64,000 nt of DNA, taken from Candidatus Sulfotelmatobacter sp. Its GTDB lineage: Bacteria; Acidobacteriota; Terriglobia; Terriglobales; Acidobacteriaceae. Location of the stretch: assembly GCA_049675725.1 (NCBI GenBank), contig JBAUAN010000218.1, positions 1,806 through 65,805 of the forward strand, given 5' to 3'. Positions within the stretch are counted from its first letter, which is position 1, and every line of letters begins with the position of its first letter. The notes beneath the pieces were generated by a model. That model was not told where the DNA came from, made no database searches, and worked only from the letters and a program-made list of their open reading frames with translations. This document shows, piece after piece, positions 17,861 through 25,695 of this stretch. A program made the translations under genes and the position numbers.

Positions 17861-18208
17861 ATGTTCAAGATTCTGCGGCAGAGTACTGTTCAGGGGGCAC
17901 TCCTCCTCGCCGCCTTGCTGGTTCTTATCCCCCTCCATACCCGGGCGCAGGAGTCCGTCGAGGTTCCGCGTAAAATCCTGACCAGGGTTGCACCGAAATA
18001 TCCCGCTGTTGCCCACAACATGGAGATTCAGGGCAGTGTTAAGGCGGAGGCCTTGGTGGAGCCGAATGGCCGCGTGAAGTCGGTCGAGATCAAGGGTGGA
18101 CATCCCATCCTTGCGCAGGCCGCCATGGAAGCGGTCCGCGAGTGGAAGTGGGAGCCTTCGTCCAAGGAAACACGCGAACTGGTGGAGATCAAATTTGTTT
18201 GGCAATAA
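17861..18208 (+). CDS. Small TonB C-terminal-domain protein (signal/anchor plus TonB_C only)
   Basis: 115 aa. A hydrophobic N-terminus (GALLLAALLVLIPLHTRA) is directly followed by a TonB_C-like fold (KYPAVAHNMEIQGSVKAEALVEPNGRVKSVEI..AAMEAVREWKWEP). There is no Pro-rich spacer. Confidence 0.8.
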   Translation: MFKILRQSTVQGALLLAALLVLIPLHTRAQESVEVPRKILTRVAPKYPAVAHNMEIQGSVKAEALVEPNGRVKSVEIKGGHPILAQAAMEAVREWKWEPSSKETRELVEIKFVWQ

Positions 18209-18221
18209 TGGTCGCGCGGGT

Positions 18222-18366
18222 GCCCCATTTCTCGCGTTCTTTGCGAGAAGTGGGCATTCCAGACGCCGAAACAAGTTGGTTTTGCCTACGCCGTAAGGAA
18301 AAGCGCAAGTCCGCCGCGGGCCTAAATCCAAAGGCATTCGCAATCGGGAATGCCCACTCTTTGCAA
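18222..18366. repeat. REP/MITE-like inverted-repeat element downstream of the TonB_C gene
   Basis: Inner hairpin gccccatttctcgc / gcgagaagtgggc (18222-18255). Outer arms ttgcgagaagtgggcattcc (18241-18260) and ggaatgcccactctttgcaa (18347-18366) match 17/20 as reverse complements. The 13-mer GCCCCATTTCTCG recurs inverted at 63405-63417. Confidence 0.8.
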
Positions 18367-18516
18367 AAACCCAAAGGATAGGCCAACCCGATCTCACTGC
18401 TGCACCCTCCGAGTTGTGATACAAATTTCTGTGATCTCCATGCAAGTCCCAGCTATTTCTCCCTTCTGCTTTTCTTTCCGCTTTTATCCCGTACATCCAA
18501 ATGCGGCGAGTGGGCG

Positions 18517-19443
18517 ATGTTGAGAACGCTCTTTGTCGGCCTCTCGGAGAACAAGACATTGCGCGGGTTTGCGGAGCGTTCCGCGCTTGGCCGCCGTGTT
18601 TCGGGGCGCTTCGTTGCCGGAACAGAAATCGCCGACGCTGTCCGCGCCACGCAAATCGTGAATCGCTCCGGCATGAGCGTGAGCATCGATAATCTGGGCG
18701 AGAATGTCACCAACCCTGACGAAGCGCGGCACAGCGCCCAGCTTTACCATCAGATTCTTGACGCCATTGTCGCCAGCCAGCTCAACGCCAACGTCAGTCT
18801 GAAGCTGACTCACATGGGCCTGGATGTGGATGAAAAGCTGGCGCGCGAACTGGTCAGCGGACTCGTGGCTCGGGCTGCGGCAATGCAGCCTCGTGGTTTC
18901 GTGCGCGTGGATATGGAAGGTTCGCCTTACACACAGCGCACGCTCGATTTTGTTCACGAATTGCATCGTGCGCCGGGAAATCAAGGCAGCGTGGGCGCTG
19001 TGATCCAGTCGTACTTGAAGCGCTCGGAGAGCGATGTCAAAAAGCTGCTGAGCGAGGGCATCCGCATCCGCCTGTGCAAGGGCGCGTACAAAGAGCCGGC
19101 CAGCATTGCGTTTGAAAAAAAAGAAGAAGTCGACGCCAACTACGTCCGGCTGATGAAGATTCTGCTGAAGAGCGGCGTCTATCACGGCTTGGCTACGCAC
19201 GACGCGAACATGATCCGCGAGGCGCACGCCTTTGCGACCAGCGAAAAAATCTCCCGCGATTCCTTCGAGTTCCAGATGCTCTACGGCATCCGCCGCGATC
19301 TGCAGCAAAGCCTGGTGAAAGAAGGCTGGCGCATGCGCGTCTATATTCCGTTCGGCACGGAATGGTACCCCTATTTCATGCGGAGGCTTGGGGAGCGTCC
19401 GGCCAACGCACTGTTCGTGGCGAGAAATATGCTGCGCTGGTAA
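18517..19443 (+). CDS. Proline dehydrogenase (monofunctional PutA-type)
   Basis: 308 aa. The C-terminal signature QMLYGIRRDLQQSLVKEGWRMRVYIPFGTEWYPYFMRRLGERPAN is characteristic of stand-alone proline dehydrogenases. Confidence 0.9.
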   Translation: MLRTLFVGLSENKTLRGFAERSALGRRVSGRFVAGTEIADAVRATQIVNRSGMSVSIDNLGENVTNPDEARHSAQLYHQILDAIVASQLNANVSLKLTHMGLDVDEKLARELVSGLVARAAAMQPRGFVRVDMEGSPYTQRTLDFVHELHRAPGNQGSVGAVIQSYLKRSESDVKKLLSEGIRIRLCKGAYKEPASIAFEKKEEVDANYVRLMKILLKSGVYHGLATHDANMIREAHAFATSEKISRDSFEFQMLYGIRRDLQQSLVKEGWRMRVYIPFGTEWYPYFMRRLGERPANALFVARNMLRW

Positions 19444-19528
19444 GAGTTTGCACAAGCTGGAGAATTGACCTCAGCGCGGTACAAAGAGCGGGCCACGGCT
19501 ACTAACGCTCTCGGCAGCGGCCGAGTTA

Positions 19529-19563
19529 GGCTGAGGGCTGAGAGCTGAGGGCTGAGAGCTGGC
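19529..19563. repeat. Heptanucleotide tandem tract (ggctgag ggctgag agctgag ggctgag agctggc) between convergent genes
   Basis: Five near-identical 7-bp units read directly from the sequence. The tract ends 8 bp before the stop codon of the minus-strand DUF3106 gene. Confidence 0.85.
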
Positions 19564-19571
19564 ACTTGGAA

Positions 19572-20225
19572 CTACGGCTGCGGCGCCGGTTCCGCGCCGC
19601 TCTCGGCCGGGGCCAGCGGGAGACGGGTAACGCCGCGCAGGATTTCACGCTCGTGCGGCGAGAACATACCCTTGAAGCGATCGGAATCGATGACCTGTTC
19701 GCGCTGCTCCGGCGGCATAGCGCGCAAATCGCGGATCGCGGTTCTCACCATGCGCTGCCGCTCGGGCGGCAATTGCAGAATCTGATTATGGATCTGCACC
19801 ACCTGTTGCCGCTGTTCCGGAGTCAAGCCGCGCCATACCTGCGCGCGGGGCCCCAACCGATCGATCAACTGCAGCACGTGTTGCTGTTCCTGCGGCGGAA
19901 GGCTCGAAAAATATCTCAATTGTTGACGCAACCGCCGCTGCTGCGCCGGTGGAAGGGAGCGAAAATGAGGATCGTTTTGCAGCGCCCGTTCTTGCTCGCT
20001 GGGAGGCATATCCTTGTGTTGCCGCAGCCAATCCCCGGCGCGGTGCTGAGGTTGGCGAGGGGTTCCCTGGTTGCGAGCCGCGCCATTCTGGCCGGGGTGT
20101 GACGGAGCCTGCGCTCGGGCTGCATAGGGGTGGTTACCGTATCTCTGTGCTAAACAGGGCAGGGAAAGGACTAGAACGGCCACACTCATAGCTAACCACC
20201 GCGTGATGTGTGTCGCGCGCTTCAA
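19572..20225 (-). CDS. Secreted DUF3106-like protein (repeated PPxxQR motifs), third gene of the ECF module
   Basis: Signal peptide (KRATHITRWLAMSVAVLVLSLPCLAQ). Repeated motifs MPPSEQERAL, LPPAQQRRLRQQL, LPPQEQQHVL, LTPEQRQQV, LPPERQRMV and MPPEQREQV. TTG start at 20225; the alternative ATG at 20189 lacks a charged n-region. Confidence 0.75.
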   Translation of the reverse strand: MKRATHITRWLAMSVAVLVLSLPCLAQRYGNHPYAARAQAPSHPGQNGAARNQGTPRQPQHRAGDWLRQHKDMPPSEQERALQNDPHFRSLPPAQQRRLRQQLRYFSSLPPQEQQHVLQLIDRLGPRAQVWRGLTPEQRQQVVQIHNQILQLPPERQRMVRTAIRDLRAMPPEQREQVIDSDRFKGMFSPHEREILRGVTRLPLAPAESGAEPAPQP

Positions 20226-20354
20226 ATTGCCCCGCTCCCCAATTTTTCGCGATCCCTAAGTCGCGACCCGTATGTCAAGACCCGGTTCTTCTTCAGCCCT
20301 TCGCCGACTGGTATTCATCCGTCCCGGCGACTCCACTTTCCAGTTTCGCCCAGC

Positions 20355-20840
20355 TTACTGATTCACCGTATCCGGCTGCACCTGGAGATCATCGAGCAAC
20401 TCAAGGTCGGAATATTGCTCGTGGTTGCTGTCCAATGCTTGCAAGTCGCCCACCGCCGTGCCGGGCTCAGCCATTCCGAAATTGTCGGAAAGCGGGTTAC
20501 GGTCCGCTGAGCCTTCCCAGCCCCGGACGAAGAACATGCCTACGCCCAATCCCATCAGCAGAGTGAGTGCGGCCGCCAGCACGGGACGCCGGAACCAATG
20601 CAGCCAGCCTGCCTGCGGCTTCGCCATTTCTTCGCGCAACCGCGCCTGCAGCCGCATATCAAAATAGGGCGACGCTTCCGGTGCCCGCCATTCGTCGAGC
20701 AGTGCCATGGTCTGGCGGAACTCGGCCAGTTTCCCGGTGCACGCCGCGCACGTAGCCACGTGCTGGCTCTCAACGGAGCTCATCTCGGTCAATCCGGCTG
20801 CTACATCCGGAATTTTTTCCCGCATTTCATCGCAAGTCAT
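20355..20840 (-). CDS. Anti-sigma factor (zf-HC2 type, single TM)
   Basis: N-terminal H-x3-C-x2-C motif (ESQHVATCAACTGKL), then a TM helix (VLAAALTLLMGLGVGMFFV). It lies immediately downstream of the ECF sigma gene. Confidence 0.85.
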   Translation of the reverse strand: MTCDEMREKIPDVAAGLTEMSSVESQHVATCAACTGKLAEFRQTMALLDEWRAPEASPYFDMRLQARLREEMAKPQAGWLHWFRRPVLAAALTLLMGLGVGMFFVRGWEGSADRNPLSDNFGMAEPGTAVGDLQALDSNHEQYSDLELLDDLQVQPDTVNQ

Positions 20841-20943
20841 AACCTCATCCCCTCAACTCTCTTCGCCTCTCTAACCACGCCTTGCCATCTTCGCCACTTC
20901 TCATCGCCACTTCTCATTCAACAGAACACAGATTCTTCATACT

Positions 20944-21594
20944 TCATAAGAATTCTTTTAACTGGTCGCGCAATGTTTCATAAGCCCGGAAGAGCAGCGA
21001 CTTCGTTGCCGACTCGCTCTTCTTCAGGACTTCGGCAATTTCTTTGTAATCCATCTGCTGGTACTTGTGCATGATCACTGCCAATCTCTGCTGCTCCGGC
21101 AGCGCTTCCACTTTACTGCGGATCGCCAGCAACCGTTCCCGCTGCACCATGGCTTGCTCGGCGGTGAGCGACCCATCGGGCAACTGCAGCGTGGTCGTGC
21201 TGCTGTCGTCGCTGGTTTCGTCGAGGCTCACGCTCACTTCCGGACGTTCGTGCCGGGTGTCGCGGGCGTGGTTCACCGCCAGGTTGGTGGCGATGCGATA
21301 CAGCCAGGTAGTGAACTTGGCGCTGGCCTCATAGCTCTCCCGCGAGCGATAGACGCGCAGAAAAACTTCCTGCGCCAGATCTTCGGCCGCAGCCGAATTC
21401 CGCGCCATACGATACATGAAACTCACCAGCGGCCGGCGATATTTCTGCACCAGATAATCGAATGCAGACTGATCCCCAGCCTTTACGCGCAGCATCACCT
21501 CCGCGTCGCTGGAAGACTCCCCGCCCGTCATTGCTGCGGGCAAACTGGCTGCTGCCTGCGGCCCCATTGCGGCCATCAGGATACCCCGATCCAT
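20944..21594 (-). CDS. ECF (sigma-24/RpoE-like) RNA polymerase sigma factor
   Basis: Region 2 (FDYLVQKYRRPLVSFMYRM..AEDLAQEVFLRVY) and region 4 HTH (MDYKEIAEVLKKSESATKSLLFRA). The ORF is open to 21804. ATG 21594 (or 21645) gives a normal ECF length, so the start is uncertain. Confidence 0.9.
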   Translation of the reverse strand: MDRGILMAAMGPQAAASLPAAMTGGESSSDAEVMLRVKAGDQSAFDYLVQKYRRPLVSFMYRMARNSAAAEDLAQEVFLRVYRSRESYEASAKFTTWLYRIATNLAVNHARDTRHERPEVSVSLDETSDDSSTTTLQLPDGSLTAEQAMVQRERLLAIRSKVEALPEQQRLAVIMHKYQQMDYKEIAEVLKKSESATKSLLFRAYETLRDQLKEFL

Positions 21595-22117
21595 GGTGGC
21601 AGTGCTCACATTAATTTCAACCCCGCCGCGGCCCGAAAGTTGCATCTTTTCGTCCCCGGACGAACCACTGGAAGTCCCTGCCGCTGAGGAGGTTAGGGGA
21701 GGTCGGAAGAGCCTGGAATCACCCGGCATGTAAAACGGACGCCCACAGGCGAGGATTGCGCCCGCAAGCTTCGCCGCGGCGCCCCTGTAGGTCCAGGCTA
21801 CCACCAGGCTTAGCCTGCCGACAGAGCCGGTTTTCCCTCAACCACGTTGAGTTCGCTGCCCCGGTTGTCTCGAAGGAAACTCGGCCACACTCGTGGCTCG
21901 ATAATGTTCTCTGTTTGTTCGCCTATCGCCGGGCGAGTGACCGTTCAGAAGCGATCACGACACCTTTGACAAATAGCCTGTCTTCGCACATTCTGTCGCT
22001 CGCTGCGGGGGGTAGGCGGAATCGTTCAAGCGGCCGAAATGGGCAGAATTTTTGACCGAAGTTTGCCCCACATGTCTGTATCTGGTAAAAATAAAAGGAA
22101 CTCTTCCTAAGCTTTCT

Positions 22118-22192
22118 GGGCGCTTAACTCAGCGGTAGAGTGCCATCCTCACACGGTGGAAGTCGTAGGTTCAAATCCTACAGCGCCCACCA
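22118..22192 (+). tRNA. tRNA-Val (anticodon CAC)
   Basis: GGGCGCT TA ACTC AGCGGTA GAGT G CCATC CTCACAC GGTGG AAGTC GTAGG TTCAAAT CCTAC AGCGCCC A CCA. Canonical cloverleaf of 75 nt with the CCA encoded. Confidence 0.95.
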
Positions 22193-22347
22193 TTTTTGTT
22201 TCTAACCGTGTGGTTGTTTCCTCTCCTGTCGTCGGTTGCCCGCAGCCTCTTGCTCGGCGCCTCTAAGATACTTCTAACTCCCAACTGGCCCGTTGTGTGC
22301 ACTTGGCAATTGGCGCCCGCAATTGGCCTCCCGCCAATGCGGTGAAC

Positions 22348-22392
22348 GCTGATTGCTGATTATTGACCGCTAGTTTGCTGGCGGCTAATCGC
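22348..22392. repeat. Heptanucleotide-period tract (gctgatt gctgatt attgacc gctagtt tgctggc ggctaat) just upstream of a start codon
   Basis: Read directly from the sequence. It lies 16 bp upstream of the ATG at 22408 and is covered by the TTG-initiated extension of that ORF. Confidence 0.7.
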
Positions 22393-22407
22393 TCGCCGGG
22401 GGGTCGT

Positions 22408-24141
22408 ATGCGCATTTTTCGTTTGAGCTCGGTGTTGACGGGGCTGCTTTTTGCTTTCCCGCTTATGGTCGCATCGCAGGAGTTCCCGGCTGCCCTCTCT
22501 CAACCCGTCAGCACAAAGGGAAGCTCTACTGCCCGCGCGGCGGCCGCGGAAGACAACCGGTCCACGCCGGAATCATTTGACGAGGTCATCGATCGGGTGA
22601 TCCAAAGGGAGCATCTCATGCTCTCGCAGTTGCGCAATTTGCGGCCCGTGGTCGAGACCTATATCCAGAATCTGAAAGCGGATGGCCGCGAAAACACCAT
22701 TCCGGTCCGGGACCAGTATTTTCTTGGCCGCCTGGATATGAGCGACGGCCCGGAGGACACTTCGTTCGTGGGGCAGCCCGGGATCGGGCGGCGCAGCTTG
22801 AAGAAATTGACGGAGATTTATGCGCTGCATTTCCAGCCCCTGGGTTTTGTCCAGATGCTGGTGCTCGACACCGACCTCTCGAAAAAAGATTACGACTTTG
22901 TCTTTGTACGCCGCGAGTTTCTAGGCGAAGTGCGCTGCCTGGTCATCGACATGCAGCCGAAACCGGAGGCGCCTCCGGGACGCTTTCAGGGGCGCATCTG
23001 GGTGGAAGACCGGGACTACAACGTGGTTCGTTTCAACGGCACGTATTCGAAGCCCACGCGCACCAGCCTCTACCTGCACTTCGACAGCTGGCGGCTGAAC
23101 ATGAAGCCCGGACTGTGGCTTCCGGCCTACGTTTACAGCGAGGAATCGAATCTGGATACCGGCTCGGGACCCATGCAGTTGAAGGCGCAAACCCGGCTGT
23201 GGGGGTACGAGCTGAAGAGCGTGAAGAAGAACGAAGAGTTCACGCAGATTGTGGTGAATTCTCCCGACACGGTCAAAGACCGCAGCGGCGCTCCGGCCGA
23301 TGCCACCCCGATCGTGGCGGAGCGAATGTGGGAACGCCAGGCGGAAGACAATGCCCTGGAGCGTCTGGAGAACGTTGGTTTGCTGGCTCCGAGCGGCGAA
23401 GTGGATAAGGTTTTGCAGACGGTGGTCGACAATCTGCTGCCGACCAATAACATCGATTTGCAATCGGATGTGCACTGCCGCGTGCTGATGACGGCACCGC
23501 TCGAATCATTCACGATCGGCCACACCATTGTGGTCAGCCGCGGCCTGCTCGATGTGTTGCCCGACGAGGCATCCCCGGCCATGATTCTGGCTCATGAACT
23601 CAGCCACATTGTGCTGGGGCATCGCTTTGACGCCAAGCTGGCCTTCAACGACCGGATGTTTTTTCCCGACGAACAATCGTTCCAGCGTTTTGATTTCAAA
23701 CGCAGCCCCGCCGACGAAAACGCGGCCGACGCGAAAGCTCTGGAGTTGTTGAAGAATTCTCCTTACAAAGACAAGCTGGGAAGCGCCGGATTGTTTCTGG
23801 AAGCCCTGCAGCAGCGCGCTCCGGCGCTGCCCAACCTGATTCGCCCGCATCTGGGGAACGGTTTGGCGGCGGGCGCAAGCGTTCGTATGTCGGCTCTGCT
23901 CTCAACCGTGCCGCAGCTGGACCACCAGCGGCTCGACCAGATTGCCGCGCTTCCTCTGGGCGGCAGAATCCGGCTGGACCCGTGGAGCGATCGCATTGAG
24001 CTGGCGCGGTCCAAGCCCGTGACCCTGGCGTTGGCCAGCGAGAAGAGACCGTTTGAGATCACGCCTTTCTTCCCCTACCTGAGCCGGGTGACGAATAGCG
24101 GCGCGGAAAAAGTCGCACTGGCCAGCCCTCCAGCCGAGTAA
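22408..24141 (+). CDS. Secreted M48-like zinc metallopeptidase
   Basis: HExxH motif in AHELSHIVLGH. Signal peptide MRIFRLSSVLTGLLFAFPLMVASQ from the ATG at 22408, which has a G-rich Shine-Dalgarno. The track ORF begins at the TTG at 22363. Confidence 0.8.
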   Translation: MRIFRLSSVLTGLLFAFPLMVASQEFPAALSQPVSTKGSSTARAAAAEDNRSTPESFDEVIDRVIQREHLMLSQLRNLRPVVETYIQNLKADGRENTIPVRDQYFLGRLDMSDGPEDTSFVGQPGIGRRSLKKLTEIYALHFQPLGFVQMLVLDTDLSKKDYDFVFVRREFLGEVRCLVIDMQPKPEAPPGRFQGRIWVEDRDYNVVRFNGTYSKPTRTSLYLHFDSWRLNMKPGLWLPAYVYSEESNLDTGSGPMQLKAQTRLWGYELKSVKKNEEFTQIVVNSPDTVKDRSGAPADATPIVAERMWERQAEDNALERLENVGLLAPSGEVDKVLQTVVDNLLPTNNIDLQSDVHCRVLMTAPLESFTIGHTIVVSRGLLDVLPDEASPAMILAHELSHIVLGHRFDAKLAFNDRMFFPDEQSFQRFDFKRSPADENAADAKALELLKNSPYKDKLGSAGLFLEALQQRAPALPNLIRPHLGNGLAAGASVRMSALLSTVPQLDHQRLDQIAALPLGGRIRLDPWSDRIELARSKPVTLALASEKRPFEITPFFPYLSRVTNSGAEKVALASPPAE

Positions 24142-24416
24142 CGACGCACGTCTGGCCCCTAATTCATGCAGATCGACACGGTATAAACGCGGATCACTTC
24201 ACTACTCTTTGTTCCTCCCTCGATCGGCCGCACCGTTTGCCGCAGGTTTGTCATCCTGGCGGTATATCCGTAACGTTGGTCCGTGTCGATGCGAGTTGGT
24301 TCCTGCAGATCCGAGTCAAGGCGCAACTGTATTCGTCGTTTCTTCGCTCTCCATAAGAATAGCTACAGAATCGGTGCGTCCTGGGGTAGTTTCTATATCG
24401 GTTGGCGGAAAATTGC

Positions 24417-24428
24417 GTAAACGTTTAC
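24417..24428. promoter_or_regulatory. Perfect 12-bp palindrome GTAAACGTTTAC, candidate LacI-family operator (autoregulation)
   Basis: Lies about 95 bp upstream of the LacI-family gene start. It belongs to the TGTAAACGTTTACA class typical of LacI/GalR operators. Related copies are at 27210, 35751 and 36774. Confidence 0.5.
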
Positions 24429-24523
24429 AATCGCCGCCATTGGCTGTTCCGACCCAACCGGATGGACCGGTGGTAGCGTATTTTTCCGGCGCAAATTGGC
24501 CGGCAGACGCGGGCTGAGCAAAA

Positions 24524-25639
24524 ATGGGTAAACGTCCCACGACTCTCTTCGATATCGGTAAGGCGCTCGGCATCTCCACCGGAACCGTCCATCGCGCATT
24601 GCACGACAACCCTGGTGTGAGTCCGATGACCAAGGCCAAAGTGTTGCAGACGGCGAGAGCACTGGGTTACCGGCCGAATCTGGCGGCGCGGTTCCTGTCT
24701 TCCAAGAGAATTCTGCGAATCTCGGTCAACACTTTGCAAGGTACCACTTCATTCTGGGACGAGGTGAGGGTGGGTATTCGGGAAGAGGCCAGCGCGATCC
24801 TGATGGAAAATGTCGACCTTGAATTCCGGACCTACCCGAGACTTGGAATCGGCGAAGAGGAGGCATTCGGGGAGGCCATGGCCGCGAAAGTAGACGGAAT
24901 CATCACATTCCCCAGCCGTCCGCAAAAGTTGCGGCCGTGGATTCGGCGAGCCGCGCGCGCCCGTATTCCGGTGATGTGCGTGGCCACCGACGCTCCCAAC
25001 AGCGGAAGGCTCGGCATCGTGGCGATCGACACATTGGCCAGCGGTTCCATCGCCGCCGATCTTATGGGCCGGTTTCTGCAAGGACGGGGGAAAATCGCGG
25101 TCACCGTGTTTGATATGGCGATTACGGAACACGCGGAGAAATATGCGGCGTTTGAATCCACGTTGCAGAGGTTCTACCCGGAGATGCAACTGATGAAGCG
25201 GATCGAGGATCACGATGAGGAGTCGGAGGCATACGAAAAGTGCCGCAAGCTGTTTGAAGATTGCCCCGATCTGGCCGGGATCTATGTGACCACGGAGGCG
25301 TCGATCCCTATCTTGAACGCGGCGCGGGATGCGAAGGTACTGCATCGGCTGACCATTATTACCACGGATCTTTATCCCGACCTGGTGCCGGAGATTCGGT
25401 CCGGAGCGGTGGTGGCGACCATCTACCAGCGTCCGCGCACGCAGGGGCGAATGGCTTTCCGGAAATTGCATGCATTCCTGGCGGAGGGATCGAGTTCACA
25501 CCAGGTCACGCTGGCGCCGCATCTGGTGACGCGGGGGAATCTTGATTTCTTCCTGCGGGCACAATCGGAGCGAGCGGGCGTGCCGCACGATGTTCAGGTG
25601 CAGCGGCCGGCCCAGGAACCCGCGGAAGATTTTGCATAA
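24524..25639 (+). CDS. LacI-family transcriptional regulator
   Basis: N-terminal HTH (LFDIGKALGISTGTVHRALHDNPGVSPMTKAKVLQTARALGYRPN) plus a periplasmic-binding-protein-like sugar-binding core. Confidence 0.93.
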   Translation: MGKRPTTLFDIGKALGISTGTVHRALHDNPGVSPMTKAKVLQTARALGYRPNLAARFLSSKRILRISVNTLQGTTSFWDEVRVGIREEASAILMENVDLEFRTYPRLGIGEEEAFGEAMAAKVDGIITFPSRPQKLRPWIRRAARARIPVMCVATDAPNSGRLGIVAIDTLASGSIAADLMGRFLQGRGKIAVTVFDMAITEHAEKYAAFESTLQRFYPEMQLMKRIEDHDEESEAYEKCRKLFEDCPDLAGIYVTTEASIPILNAARDAKVLHRLTIITTDLYPDLVPEIRSGAVVATIYQRPRTQGRMAFRKLHAFLAEGSSSHQVTLAPHLVTRGNLDFFLRAQSERAGVPHDVQVQRPAQEPAEDFA

Positions 25640-25695
25640 AAAAGACTCCGCGTAGGTGGGACGAAGTAAGTGCGACGAAAACCGAGGAGGGCAAT

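Noticed and set aside
24209-24517. 102-aa ORF in the 380-bp spacer upstream of the LacI-family gene
   Set aside because: It has no Shine-Dalgarno sequence or motifs and an Arg/Pro/Ser-rich translation. The spacer is better explained as a promoter/operator region, since it contains the perfect palindrome.
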